The notes beneath the pieces were generated by a model that was not told the origin of the DNA, ran no database searches, and worked only from the letters and a program-made list of their open reading frames with translations. Source: Vezdaea acicularis (taxonomy: Eukaryota). Taken from it: a stretch of 64,000 nt of DNA. Both the position numbers and the translations under genes were made by a program. Position 1 is the first letter of the stretch. Each line of letters starts with the position of its first letter. Below are positions 24,601-37,888 of the stretch, piece by piece. The DNA lies in contig JAPEUI010000009.1 in the NCBI GenBank assembly GCA_026025075.1, positions 186,001 to 250,000 on the forward strand, written 5' to 3'.

Positions 24601-24823
24601 CAGAGAACGACTAGAAGCAGCAAAAGCTGGTTCAACTCAAGGCCTCGGACCATCCAATCAAGGTGGCTTTAGCTTCGGTGGTGGCGGCTCCAGGATAGCC
24701 AAGCCATTAAGAGGCGGCGGAGCTGCGGAAGTGAACGGAGGTCCAAACAATCCAGTGTTATCTAATCTGCAGGCGCAGGAAGCTGGGAGTGGCGGGAAAC
24801 GCTCAAGCTGGCGATTTTATTAG
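21685..24823 (+). CDS. Conventional kinesin heavy chain (kinesin-1, KinA/Nkin-like); exons 21685-21689, 21742-21788, 21862-21956, 22065-24242, 24299-24823
   Basis: IKVVARFRP, P-loop YGQTGAGKS, NQESSRSH, LVDLAGSE, a coiled-coil stalk and the RIAKPLRGG autoinhibitory tail. Confidence 0.96.
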
Positions 24824-25668
24824 CGGTCATACGACATGATGCATCCAGGCGAACTTTGCATTATAGGGGGTCTCATCATTCTTATACCCTTCGAGTGGGA
24901 TATAGATCGCGCTGGGGTACGCGTATTACGGCATAGGCGTCCTCATGGCTTTGGTTCTCAACATTTAAGGAAGGCAGATGATATGAGAAATGATTAAGTC
25001 TGGGGCTAGGTTTGAGAGATGTTTGATGCCCTTGCTACAATCAATCGTTCTGGCTTGTCTTAGCGCGAAGGGTGTATTGTGGAGCGTGGCAGAGTCCCCT
25101 CACTAAGTTCGATTGCGCTGGGTCAAGTCCAAGCTTCACAAGTTGAGGGTACAGCCTTCTTGGATGACGGGTAGCTAAGGTGTCTGGTGGCTTCTTTCCA
25201 TTGAACTTAACTGCCTCACTTCATTAATCAAAGCAAATGAATTTAGTCGTCACATGCGGATTAGGCCTTGTTGAATGGTGAAACACAACTTCAAACTGAT
25301 CGTATTTGCAATCGTTGGGAAGACCCTTAGGTTTGAGCTTTTGCTGATGCAAATAGGTATAAGTGCGAGTAGAACTGCTCGCGATAAACTCTTTACCATG
25401 TACTCTCAATGCGATGTCATCTAGAGCCATGGGTCGCTCCGACAAGCCTCGGCAATGCAGGGACCCCACGTCGTGGAAGGTGGGGTGTGTTCTTCCCCGC
25501 AAAATGCTCTATAGGTCCCCCTCCTCCGTGCTTTCTGCATCCAAGTCTCTTGTGTGTGTCACTTTGCTCTCTCGCTCTTAAATCTTAAGAAGCAATCTCC
25601 TCTCGTGAATTTTACGAAGGTTTGTAAATTGATTACGTATTTCTAGGCCTTCATCCCGCATAAGAACA

Positions 25669-26665
25669 ATGTCTCCTCCCTCGGCCATTCCCGAGCATGT
25701 GCCTAGCGGTACCAATGGGACCAAAGCTGTGCCACTAGAACCTGGTCTCTCCGCAAAAAGTGTCCTCGAAGATGAGAGATACTCAACTTTCCCTAAACCG
25801 CCGAAGTTCGAAGACAAACATGAGGAGCGTAAATACCTGAAAGTTCGGCTGGCTGCAGCCTTCCGTATATTCGGTAAATATGGCTACGACGAAGGGGTCG
25901 CGGGACACATCACAGTCAGGTGCAGGGGTCACGCAAGCTCGTCTGAAAGTACAGCATTTAACCAATTCATAGAGATCCTGTTGATCCAACCACCTTCTGG
26001 GTCAATCCGTTCGGCGTTGCTTTCTCTTTGATCAAGGCCTCCGATCTCATACAAGTCAATCATGCCGGAATGGTCATTGATGGTGGCCCGGTGAGGTTGC
26101 TGAACAAAGCGGCCTTCATGATCCATTCAGCAGGTTCGTAAATTACTCAAAATGCACCTCTGTCAATGAGGCTAATTGGATTATAGTCCACTCAGCAAGA
26201 CCGGAAGTCACTTGCGCTGCCCATAGCCATAGTATACACGGCCGTTCGTTTTGTGCACTCGGAAGACCGCTCGACATCATCACTCAGGATTCCTGCGCAT
26301 TTTTCAACGATCACGTCCTGTACGAAAGCTTCAATGGTATTGTGATTGCTGAGAAGGGAGGCAAAGATATAGCAAAATGCCTAGGTTCTAAGAAGGCCGC
26401 CCTCCTACAGAACCATGGCCTTTTGACCGTCGGCGAGACTATCGAAGCGGCCGTCTTCTGGTTCGTCAGCCTCGAGAAGTGCTGCCACGCGCAGTTGCTC
26501 GCAGACGCGGCGGCTGGCGGTCGAGGGGGTGTGACTGCGAAGATTGGTGACGAAGAGGCGGCCTTCACGTATAAGAGCATTGGGACGCCTTTTGCAGGTT
26601 GGTTTAGTGCGAAGCCAATGTTTGATGTAATCCATGAGGAGACGAAGGGAAACTATGCACTTTGA
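25669..26665 (+). CDS. Class II aldolase/adducin N-terminal domain protein; exons 25669-25919, 25973-26133, 26187-26665
   Basis: EGVAGHITVRDP, FWVNP, FMIHSAVH, AAHSHS and LLQNHGLLTVG zinc-binding motifs. Confidence 0.93.
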
Positions 26666-27293
26666 GTCTTAGTAAAGCTAGGTCGAGACTGGATATCATC
26701 GGGGGTTTGCATATGGACGAGGAATGCTGTAGGTTTAGTTTTAGGTGATGGCCATGGACACCGGCGTTGGCGGTGAAGTGCTTCATAGTCGCAACAGCCA
26801 AATTTCAGGAAACTCGTACAATCAATATATCATTGGACTCCTTCTCTGAATATATGAACGGATTTTAGCACTACCATCTCTGTTTGTGTATGATGCTTAA
26901 GCTCACTCCTTGAACTTTGTACGCTTTTGCTCGGTTGCCATCATCCATCGCGGGACCTTTTCTGTCACTTCAACACCATTACTCCAACTCTTTAGGACTC
27001 GGGCTGCACGCTAATACACTCATTTATTGGAAACACTCGACATACGCACATTTCCTTGCTTCTATACTCTTCGAACACTAGCATACATTATCTGGGATCT
27101 ACTTAGGGAAAGCTCTTTGTCCGTTGATCCTAGCTCCAAACACACGACACGCCTTTAAAGTCGATTGATCAATGGAGTTGAGGATACGTTCGTCAACACA
27201 AGAGGAGTCAGAGAAGCCATGAAGATTCTACATCCGAAGGAATTCTTAAAACCTTTTCTTATCCCATCTCCCTAGCCCAAGATCTTCCCAAAG

Positions 27294-29695
27294 ATGGCGA
27301 CGCCAACTCTTGACGAACTGCTTCGTACCATTGGAGAAGCCCTACGAATTAAAGATGGGTCCTGCCTTCGAGATTTACTACCCACTGAGGCTGTCGATGC
27401 TCTTTACGATAGAGTGTTAGCCGAAATCTATAATAATTATCCCAGCGAAAGCGATGATCAAAAGTTGGAAGAGCATTGTGCGGCTGTGCTCCCAAACAAC
27501 CCTGACTGGATGCCTGACGACAATGAGGGCCAGGCATGGCCGGGATTCATTGTATTTCTGAGAGGATATTTCGTCTATATAAGGGACAGGGATATGGAGG
27601 ATTGGGTCGAGTGTCATGAGCACCTGTGGAAATTGACAGAGTAGGTGGACACAGCCATTCGGAGCATAAGAGACCGCTCTAATTGTCACATTGAGGCGTT
27701 AAGAATCCGAACAACAGCTAACCTATGCGCGAACGACTTAGGCAATGTATCACAGCGCTTTCACATTCATCAATGGGCATAGTCATACTACCTTTTTGCC
27801 TTCGTCTAGCTTGGTCCCTGAAACAACTCTCTTTACGACTAGAAAGGACGGAAGAAGTTCGAAACTATGTCTTCCAGCGCAGGCGGCGGCTGGTTCAAGA
27901 ACGCATCAGGTTTTACAGTATTCTTCAACCTCCAGCAGAGCGAGCGGCGGAATTATTGCAAAGAGCACTCGTTGCCTGCATGACTGATCGAAGCGGAGGC
28001 GGAGGGCCAGGTGCTCGCTTCCAAAAGCCGGAAGGCAAGAGAGTCGCGGTATATGAATTTGCAAACCTGATCGCAAAGCTCATGTTTGGGGTGAGTAAAC
28101 CAACCTGAATAATCCAGTTTGGCTCTGACCCCTTGAAGTGTCGTAAGATCGATCATTGTACACAGCTGTTCGCAAACATACAACAGCAAGCCCCGCCGTT
28201 ATCATATTATCCTGCTTCTCAAAGAGTGACCTTCCTTTATCACCTTGGAAGATATAACAGCTCTCTCAATAATCACTACCGAGCCATTTTATGCCTCGAG
28301 TCGGCTTACATGCAGTGCCCTGCCAATGCATATAAGCAACGTCGTCAAATATTGATTCATCTAATGGCGGATAGTATAGTAATGGGTCGGTTTCCATCCC
28401 AAACGCTATTAATGCGACCAGAAGCCCAGGATATGGGCCAGATATTTATTCCCATATGTAAAGCAATGAAGGCTGGAGACTTTCGGGCCTTAAGATCCTT
28501 GACAGGTGGTAACGAGCGTTACCCTGCGCCAGATCAAGACATCGCTACGTCTCGAGAATGGGCAATGAAATTCAGTCTGAGCTACAAGCTCTGGTTCCTA
28601 TGCGATGTTATTACCTGGAGATCGCTCGCCCGACGCACATTTCTGATAGCTGGCTTTGCTGGGGAGGGCAAGAAGGCACCAACAATGAATCTAGAAGACC
28701 TTGTTGTTACGGCAGGAACACAAGACCCGTACTTGGTTTGGCCGAATGGAGAACCACCCTGGTATAATAACATAGATCGACTCCAGTGGATCACAGATCA
28801 GAGAGCGGAATGGGATAAAGAGATAGCCCAGTGGACTCCTAACCCTGAAGACGACGTAAAACAGTATTGGTGGGAACCCGATAAGGATGGGCCACGCATG
28901 ATGAAGGGCTTTGCCTTTGGCCAGCCATCTAGTGGAGATTATCAAAACCCTCTCAATAAAGCTGCCCTTTCGCGCTTCCGGAGATACAAGCAGAGTCGAG
29001 AGCTACTAAAACGGGACCTCATTAAGGAACAAATAGAGGTCTTTGGCGACGAGGATACAAAAGATGGCAATACCGAAGAAAGCGGCTTCGCGGGCGCAAC
29101 CTTCAATAACGAGTTCCTAAGGCCGCCCCAAGCAGCCGTGCAAGCGGCATCAAGCGACTCTGGCGGCTCCACCTTTGACGAAGACATGGAAGTCGATGAT
29201 GTCCCCCTCTTCATCCCGGAACAATATGCCGACCATACACCGCCTGGGTACGACTCTGATACTGATTCTCTCGCTTCAAACACATACACTGGTCCCTTCC
29301 TGCCGCTCCCACTTCCACCAGCCCACCCCATCCCCACGCGCACCTACCCTCCGCCGCGCCCACTAACGCCCCCACCCCCGCTCGACCCCAGCATGCCGAT
29401 CCTCTCCGTCGTCGCCTCCCTCATCTCCTCAAAGCTGATCCATGCCTTTGTCAGCTGGAAGCAGAGGAAGCTCGGGATCCTGGGCGCCAAAGCAGCAGGC
29501 GGGAGTGCGGTGAAAGCAGGATTTCCAACGCCCTGGGCTACTCTGGTGAAGAAGATGGAGGAGAGGGATCGCCAGATGGACTTTAAAGAGGGGTATGTGC
29601 CTGGATGGGTGAGGATAGAATTTGAGAAGGGGGCGAATATTGGGAGAAGCGGTGGAGTGGTGAGGCTGAGTAATGTTAGGGGGGTGGGCGAGTGA
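27294..29695 (+). CDS. PCI-domain protein, Csn12/PCID2(Thp1)-like, with a large internal insertion; exons 27294-27640, 27742-28090, 28139-29695
   Basis: GKRVAVYEFANL, YPASQRVTFLYHLGRY, WRSLARRTF, VVASLISSKLIHAFVS and the C-terminal GGVVRLSNVR. Confidence 0.85.
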
Positions 29696-30103
29696 GGTTT
29701 TAGAGCAAGATAGACATGGAGGAAAGAGATCTTTCAAGATAGGAGGTATCGAGGTCATTGACAACCAAGAGGGAGTTTGGGGATCGCTACTTGGAATGAG
29801 GATGCTTGTAAAGCTGGCCCACTACCTGACCTAAACCCCGAGCGGCACAAATGAGTTCAAATTAGGAAGCAGAACATCCATTTAAACAAGCAGTTACCTT
29901 GCGGTGTGAGATATGTCGATGTTGATATAAATTACATTCTAAAGCGACTGTTGATTATATTCTTGGATATCTGAGCGAAAATTGCTTCTCCCACAAACCT
30001 TAAGCCCGTAGAACGACCGTGATGCTCCACTATCCAGGATATAACCCCCCTTAAAACCTTCTAAACGCCAATGCTTAAATTAGATAGACTCGCTTTCAGA
30101 AAA

Positions 30104-32383
30104 TCAAACCACCTCCCTCGCTACCCGCCCTTTAACCCCCTTTTCCCTCCTCTTCTCATCCCGAATAGCCCTAATCTCCTCCAGCGTCCTCCACTCTCGA
30201 TTCTCCTTCCCCACGCTGCCACCAATCTTCACTAATTCACCCTCCTCGGCCTTATCAAGATTAGCCTTCTCCCCCTCACTCCTCCAACTCTTGCGCACCT
30301 CCGCCGAAGCCCTTCGTTGCACGTCGCCTAAGCTCCCGGTGCTGAGCCGCAAACTCTTCCGCTCCCACTGCAGCTCCTCCGCGCTCCCGATCCTGCCTTT
30401 CTGCTGCGACTGCGGCTCTTTGGTCTCGTCGGCGCTGCTGACCCACGTCATGGGGCTCAGTGGCGCCTTTAGCAAGCGTGAGCTCCGCGCGCCCGGAACG
30501 TTCGCATCTGCGAGTCGGCTGTTAAGGCTCGGGAGGGGAATTTTGCTATCGCGGCTGCGCCGGCTGGGGTGTGGAAGATTCGACCCGCGCTTGTGCGACT
30601 GGAGGGAGTTGCTTCGACAGGGGGCTTGCGAGGGTTTGTAGCGCGTGGAAGGGAGGGTTGGTGGGAGGGGCGGGAGGGAAGATGGGGGAATTGGGAAGGC
30701 GGCAAGTGTGTGTGGGGTGGGTGGGGTGCCGGGATAGAGAGACGTTGCTGGCGAAGAGATGGTTGTGTGCGGTGACTGCGGCGGGATGGTGCGAACGGGT
30801 GAAGGAGAGGGAGGCGGACGGAGAGTAGACTCATCATGTTGTTCGTCCGTTTCTGAACCAGGAATAGTCGTGGGCTCAGGGATCAAGTCGGAGTCCCGCG
30901 GTGTGTGTACTAATGGTATAGCGCGAGCCACATTGTAAACGCTCGTTGCATCCGCGCTAGAGAGCGTATTGAACGATTTGGTGGAGAGAATTGAGAGGCC
31001 CCGTCTTAGACTAGCATGAGGCGGGACTTTGTTGTCTGAGAGGGATTGGAGTTGGATGTTTGACTTTGTAGGTGAATTAGGATGGGACAAACGAGCTGGC
31101 GACGGGGGTCGTGATAAAGAACTAGTGGTTGATGGCGCTAGAGATTTGCGGAAACCCGAAAAGTCTGGACCAAGACTGGCGAGCGATAGGCGAGGTGAGA
31201 GAACGCGCTTTGGATTACGAGATGATGGATATTGAGGACTTTCTGCTACTATATCGGTTTCCAAACCATCCTCCGTGATAGGGGAGTAAAGCGGTGAATC
31301 TGGAGGCGAGCCTGGTATAGCGCTGAGAGTAGTCATCCGTTTGTCAACGGTACGCGGAGAGGGTGTGCGCTTGATTTGCGCCGGTGGCAGCAGATTGTGC
31401 GGTGCGAACTGTAATACGGCTGGACTCGGAAGTTCTGGTAACGCTTTCTCTTCTCTCTGAGGCTCCCCTGATGGAGGAGCTACTGTAAATGCGAATGCAG
31501 GTCTCGCTACTATAGAGCGACGGCCTGTCCAAGAAGATGTCTGACGGGTTGGCGCGTTTTCTAAAGTATCCATGACTTCTCGGATACTTGACTTGCGCTC
31601 TAAGTCTATGGATAACGGACGCTCTTCAGAGGACGAATCTTGGCTGCTGTGTGGTGGATGTGACTTCCGCGATTGTGTGCTTTCCACACCCGATGGCTGC
31701 TTTGCCTTGGTAACGATAGAGTTGTCATTCGCATTCTCCACTGTGAAAGGGGCGATATGGAGCTGTCTTATTCCATTGGTGTAACCATTTTTATCTGCCG
31801 AGACTTCCAAGCCTGACTTGCCCCACTTGATGTTGGAATACCTTCTATCTGGCGCATGTTGTAATCGCGGTGGAACTTCCAAATGACTATGCCGATCAGG
31901 AGCGTTTGTACTATTTGATAGGTATACGCCCTTCTCGGCAGCATCGGTGGGGTCAAGTGCTCGACTTCGAGAACCCGACTTATAGATTTGCCCGCCTACG
32001 TCTGTGCGCTCTAGTCCACCCTTCAAAAGCTCGGCGTACGATTTGGCTTCCTTGGGCGAAGGCGTACTCAACTGACTTGGAGGACTTGCACTTTGAGATT
32101 TTGGGACGCTTCGGACTGACCACCAGCTGTTCCTTTGACCTCCTGCTTTTAACGGCGTTTTTGGAGTTGGCTTGTTCGAGAGAGCAACAACGCGTCCTCT
32201 CTCTATTGTAAACTTCCTTACTGGTTCGGTAGGAAGTCCAGGGCGACGCATTAGTCGCCGACGTTTTTGTTGACGAACTTGCCATCTTCGTTGTAATGTG
32301 ATAGCCAGGACTAGAAGAACGAAGAAGACAAGTAGAGATATTATGACAACGCAAGGCACCAAAGCCGAAGCGGGAAGCTGCAT
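30104..32383 (-). CDS. Hypothetical single-pass membrane protein with a long Ser/Pro-rich disordered tail
   Basis: ORF of about 760 codons. The N-terminal hydrophobic helix VVIISLLVFFVLLVLAITL is followed by a basic cluster. Confidence 0.8.
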   Translation of the reverse strand: MQLPASALVPCVVIISLLVFFVLLVLAITLQRRWQVRQQKRRRLMRRPGLPTEPVRKFTIERGRVVALSNKPTPKTPLKAGGQRNSWWSVRSVPKSQSASPPSQLSTPSPKEAKSYAELLKGGLERTDVGGQIYKSGSRSRALDPTDAAEKGVYLSNSTNAPDRHSHLEVPPRLQHAPDRRYSNIKWGKSGLEVSADKNGYTNGIRQLHIAPFTVENANDNSIVTKAKQPSGVESTQSRKSHPPHSSQDSSSEERPLSIDLERKSSIREVMDTLENAPTRQTSSWTGRRSIVARPAFAFTVAPPSGEPQREEKALPELPSPAVLQFAPHNLLPPAQIKRTPSPRTVDKRMTTLSAIPGSPPDSPLYSPITEDGLETDIVAESPQYPSSRNPKRVLSPRLSLASLGPDFSGFRKSLAPSTTSSLSRPPSPARLSHPNSPTKSNIQLQSLSDNKVPPHASLRRGLSILSTKSFNTLSSADATSVYNVARAIPLVHTPRDSDLIPEPTTIPGSETDEQHDESTLRPPPSPSPVRTIPPQSPHTTISSPATSLYPGTPPTPHTLAAFPIPPSSLPPLPPTLPSTRYKPSQAPCRSNSLQSHKRGSNLPHPSRRSRDSKIPLPSLNSRLADANVPGARSSRLLKAPLSPMTWVSSADETKEPQSQQKGRIGSAEELQWERKSLRLSTGSLGDVQRRASAEVRKSWRSEGEKANLDKAEEGELVKIGGSVGKENREWRTLEEIRAIRDEKRREKGVKGRVAREVV

Positions 32384-34890
32384 TGAGGCGGCCACACCTC
32401 GCCGAAGAATGACTCGCGGCCGAAAGATGAAGCCTTTATAGCTGTTTTGCTTGGTTGAGTCTGTCTACCAAGCCTTCCATTCATCACCGGAACGGCTGAC
32501 TGCTGTGAAGAGTCGAGTTCCAGATATCGAAAAGCTCAAAAGGTGAAGGTCAATGGAAAGTGGACGAAGGAGACGACTGTGGTCCAAGTAGAGCGAAGAG
32601 AAGACCTTCAAGAACGCATGAGAGCTTGAGTTTTTTTTCCTCAAAGCTCTGAAACAAAGATGGGCTAGTGGCCAACGTGGTATTCTGCTCTGCAATGACA
32701 CAGCAATTGATTGGGGATGTTCCTATGAGCATCCAACGAAAATGAGGCAGACACATCAAAAGAAAGCCGCAATGAGCATAGATTGGACAGGAATGAGATG
32801 ATCTCCCCGCAGGCCTAACGCTTTGACCAGGTAGAGGACATTTTGTAAGATATCATCATGAATTGTAGTGCCTTCAGAAAGCTGGTCTGCCAATGAAACG
32901 TCCAGGTTCAACGCGGTGAGCTGGTTGGGTAGCGTGGACGAGGCATTTATTGGCCATGGGAAGGGGCCGAAACGCGCTCGAATTGGAGTTGCGAGCTTTA
33001 CTGTACGTGAGTCTAGTGCACCGTCCATGTCCATCGAGCATCAACAGTCCCCGCAATCGCTGTAGATAGCTTTGTAAGATGTAAACCGAGTGTACCGTAA
33101 GGCAGATCAGCAGAAATGCAGCAGTAAGCGCGGCTTTGATGTTAGGACATAAATAGCTTGAGTTGAGTCGTGAAGCGCTCGCGGCAATGATGATCGAAGC
33201 TAAGCACCAAACACATTGGATTGGCTAGGCCTCTGCATGTGGCCAAAGATGGAAGCGGCTGCAACTATAGACGTACCAAGCTCAATGCAAGCTCGGATGT
33301 CGACTTCTCGGCACAGGGTAAGGGATCCATCAGTGGTCCTTTGAGTGATCCTTGCCACAGAAGGCTGACCATGATCGCTCGGGTGCCACAGAGGCCAAGT
33401 TGAAGCTAGAAGATACAAAGATCCGAATATCACCCCTCTAGAGGACTATAGATAAAGTTTACTATTGGCCATGTAGCCCAATAGTGAAGGCAACGAGTGA
33501 CACGTCGAGAAGCGCTGCTCAATTCATCGGTTATCACGATGTTTGCGCACCGCTGTTGACGCATGAAGCCTTGTTGCTTCTCGGAAAACGAGAGCCAATG
33601 AAGCAGTGGTCGAGACAGCGACCTGTTTCAAGTCCGTTATTTTGGGTAAAGCCATGCAGTGCTAGTCTTGCGACAACGGACATGTACTCTGCCTTGCGGG
33701 AATTTCTCCCTCGGTTCGTGGACGAAGGGTTCTGAAACGGTCCACAATTGGCAGCAAATCCTAGACGTTTCTTGGCGATTAGGATGTGAGGAGACCCGAA
33801 TAGTGCGTCACTCGATATGGTAAACTGCAAGTTGATCATCCTGCAATTGATGATCTCAGATATATCGGATTAGAGTAGACTCTTAGCTCTTGCTGATAGT
33901 GTGATGAACAATTGAGTGAGGCCATGTATAGATGTAGACGGGGCCCTACAAACGCGCGCCAAACGGACTATTGTTAGAGATCTCATCTGTGTGCGCTATG
34001 AGTGACGCTCTTAGCAAGGCTTGACGCACTGTGCTTGGGTGTCCAAGAGTCACGACAGAAGTCCGCAATAGTCGAACCGCTGTTGCGCTGATCGTCCATG
34101 AACCCCTACCGTTCGTATCGTTTTCCCCCTCGAGAACATGAGGCTCCCCATTGAATTATCCTATATTTGTTGATTCAGAAAGAAGAAGCCGGATAAGAGG
34201 CTTGGGATTTTCAGTTTCTGTACGGCGAAAATACTTGAAGCTTCAACTTCGAATTGCAGTATTTGGTGAGCCACATCAGGTAGACGCCACAATCACATGC
34301 GAATGTTGCGGGGGGTGAATCGGAGCTTATTTGACCGGAACTTCCCGCCAGCAACCAATGCTCGTGAAGGCACCACGGTCGTAGGTCAGCAGTTGTGTTC
34401 GGAAACAGAAACGACGTTATGAATTTGCTTGTCCACGTAATACCCTGTAATTCGGAGCCGGCGCGGTGTTGAAGGCCTCCCAAATCGAACTTGGAAAGGC
34501 GTTTGCCGCTAATTTCAAGCTTGCTTCAAGCATCATCATGATTGCTCCGCAACCTCTCCACTTGTGGGAAGCCTAACGCAACTAGTACCTGACAAGATTC
34601 CTGTCACCAGCTACCCCAGGTTTATAAGAATCGATCCAGACTTTTTGAACGAATGCATTGAATCATAATTAGAGGCGCAAGCCCGCACGCGGCTAATCCC
34701 GCGTATTCGCGGTCAACTCTAACGCAAGCCACATTCAAAGAATCGGCCTGACTACAGCCTAGTCCTACGACTACCTTATCCCAAGGAAACACTTGCGGCT
34801 CTGCTTCAATAGGCTTGGGTCCTCGGGTTGGTCCAAGCCCTTCGCTGGATATACTCCATATAGCTTCTCCTTGCATGCTAGTCCATTAGA

Positions 34891-37027
34891 ATGGGACAGC
34901 CACCTGCAGTCGTCATAGTTGCAAGGTACGTGGTTGATTTCCTGTCGTAGACGTTGAACAACGTCAAGCTGATAGTCTCATAGACATGGCGCTCGACTGG
35001 ATGCTGCAGATGGACAGTGGGTCCTCACGTCGCCTACGCCCTATGACCCCCCCTTGACATATGGCGGGTGGACTCAATCAAGAGCATTGGGGGCGCGGAT
35101 CGCGGATATCATTCATGCTCGAGAAAATTCCTTCTATGAGAGCATACAAGAGGAAAGAGGTTCGCGCGATGCTACGAATACCTCCGGAAATATCTACAAC
35201 AAAGTACCACACCACCAGGCCTCCGATGGTCCTAAGCATCGGCGAAGCAGACCCCGACGTCATCACATCATAATACACTCATCACCATTTCTACGTTGCG
35301 TGCAAACTTCGATTGCAATTAGCGCTGGAATCGCAGAGCAGCATAAATTTGCACAAAACAGCACTCGGACTCGACCTTCAAGCCAACATTCAAACTCGTC
35401 GAAATACCACTCTAGAACTTCTAGCTCATCACATCTCGAAGCTATCCCTGAACCAGACGCTGATATTGCTGCGTTCCTTATGAAGCACCAAATCCCTCCG
35501 AGAAATTTTACGAAGACGACTCTAAGATTAGATGCCTTCTTAGGAGAATGGCTATCACCCGACTATTTCGAAGATATTATGCCGCCACCTAGCTCTGTGA
35601 TGATGGTAGCTGATGCTAAGGCTGTCCTGCTGCGCCAAGGAGATTATAGCACGCTTATCAATGGCGATGGGACAGGTTCTCAGGCATTTCCTGGAGGCTG
35701 GGGCAGCGTCTATTCATCCGAAAGCCAAGCACAAGATGGCCCTCTTTCGAGAAACTTGCCTCAAAGAGATCGAGCTAGTAGTCATGGCAGTGCTGCTGCC
35801 GTTAATAGCTTATCTCACAAGGTGTCGAAACTGAACACCAATACTAGCCTAAGCGTAGACGGTTATACTCCACCAACACCTACATATGCCATATCTTCTT
35901 CAGAGCCAATCCCGTCGGGCTACGTTGCACATGCTCGAGATGCCTGTGTTGATGTCGATTATCAGTGGGATAGTATGAGGGAGCCCCTGGACTGGGGGAA
36001 TGGCGGAGAATACGGTGAAGAGTGGAGCATGATGCACAAACGCTTCAGAAGGGGTCTATCTAAGATGATCATGTGGTATAAGGAGCAAGAATTCTCAGAA
36101 AAGCCATCCGTGGCCCTACACAATAACGAAAGGGCCAATGAAAATGCAATCGAGGATGACGAGGAGATGGACACCATTCTGGTACTCGTAACTCATGGAG
36201 CTGGCTGCAATGCTCTCATCGGAGCGCTGACAAACCAACCAGTACTTATCGATGTCGGCATGGCCTCTTTAACGATGGCAGTTCGAAAAGATATCTTGAG
36301 CCAGACTCCTAGTCCGGCTACTACCGAGACACACGACTCGACGGCTACTCGAAGAAGGTCAAGCATTAGCGCTGGTATTTCGGATCACTACGACGTGAAA
36401 CTAGTTGCTTCCTCGGAGCATCTCAGGGCAGGTTCGAACCCGTTGCAAAACCGTGGGCTATCCTCCCCCACAAGCCAAGGATTCTACAGAACCCGAATCG
36501 GATCAAGTAGTGATGCGCAGGGGTATCGCATGTTCTCTTACGATGATGGAAGGCGCGGATCGATGAACAGCTCAATAGGAAGCATCCGCCGTGCGGCAAA
36601 CAATCCAGCTTCTTTTTCAAAATCGATGACCACAAGTCCTATCTCAAATGGAATGCCCGGTCTATGGAGTCCACAAATTCATGCAATATCTGATGATGAA
36701 GATGGGTCTGGGGATGACATGGTTCTGAATTTCGGCGACTCTGGCGATGCAGGTACCACAAGGCCATCCGAAAAGCCAGCCGAGAAATCGATCGAAAAGA
36801 CAGGTGCTGAGAGTGTATCCTTGGAGAAGAAGAATCAAAAGCCGGACGAAGGTCTGGAAAAGCCCAAAAAGGAAGCAATTTCAGATCTTACACCTTCGAC
36901 CAACGGCAGTCTAATTGGGGCGAAGAGTCAACGCGGGCTATGGGGCGCAGCGCCTGTTATTGCAGATACGTTTGACGACACTCAGCGAACGCCGACGAAA
37001 CGAAGATGGACGGTAAATGAACGCTGA
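34891..37027 (+). CDS. Histidine phosphatase / phosphoglycerate mutase-family protein; exons 34891-34925, 34984-37027
   Basis: VIVAR|HGARLD (RHG motif split by an intron), IHSSPFLRCVQT, DAFLGEW, LVTHGAGCN. Confidence 0.92.
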
Positions 37028-37888
37028 CATTCTTCCGTAAATATCACGAAACTATGGTCGAACAACTCCCCATTTTCTTCATTTTCCAAACCAAAATAAT
37101 ATTCCCAAGTTCCCACTCTCCTCACATTGAGGCCCTAGGTTTTTGGCGTTCAAAGGCTCAGTAGCAGGTCTTCTCATTCATCTCTTGAATCTCCACTGAT
37201 GGTACTGATGGCCTGAATGGCGGAAGCGTTAATTGAAACTCTAGAAGTGTGGAAGTAATATGACGTGCCTTACCATTCTCTTCATAGCGGATTAATGATG
37301 TAGCTAGAACCTCAATCGTACATAATTTCTTGTCATCCCGAGATCAAGGGTCAACGTGTGAGTGATGGGGATTTTTGGTTCAGTAGGGGAACCATCCATC
37401 TATAAAATAGCTATGTAGTATTGGGTGCCAGACACCATGCTACTCCTAGTTCAGTGATCTTCCCGTGATTGACACCCGGATTGTCAAGTCACCCATAGGC
37501 CCACCCTTATTCTAGCCTCAGTTCACTGTTTCCAGTACTTGAAGAATCTTGCTGTTCTAAATCTAGGTTACTAGAGGCGAGGGTGAGATTTAATTTTGAT
37601 GATGGATCTCATCCCATGACTCCAACGTGGACTCGTGTGCCATATAGTCATACATCGGTGCTGCTGAAGCGTCCATTCTATGCCCTATTACCGTATCTAC
37701 CTTCATATTCACTAGCTGGTAGCTTGCTCGAGGTATAGATTTAATGAGGATACGAGTTGAAAGTCACGAAAGAGTCACATCAACCAAAAGCAGCCTTAGT
37801 AAGATTTTCTGTAAGCTAGCAAGTCTACAGCTTGTAGCAAAGTCATGCGAAAAGATCTCAGACTCCATATACACCCTAAAGCCCTTCC

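Noticed and set aside
26663..26700. Cryptic peroxisomal targeting by stop-codon readthrough in metabolic genes
   Set aside because: No TGA-CTA context and no in-frame SKL-type ending after the stops checked (aldolase, carnitine carrier, AsaB-like, PGM-like).
32400..34890. Many 60-100-aa ORFs in the 2.5-kb divergent intergenic region
   Set aside because: Non-ATG starts or random composition. Best explained as promoter and 5' UTR sequence.
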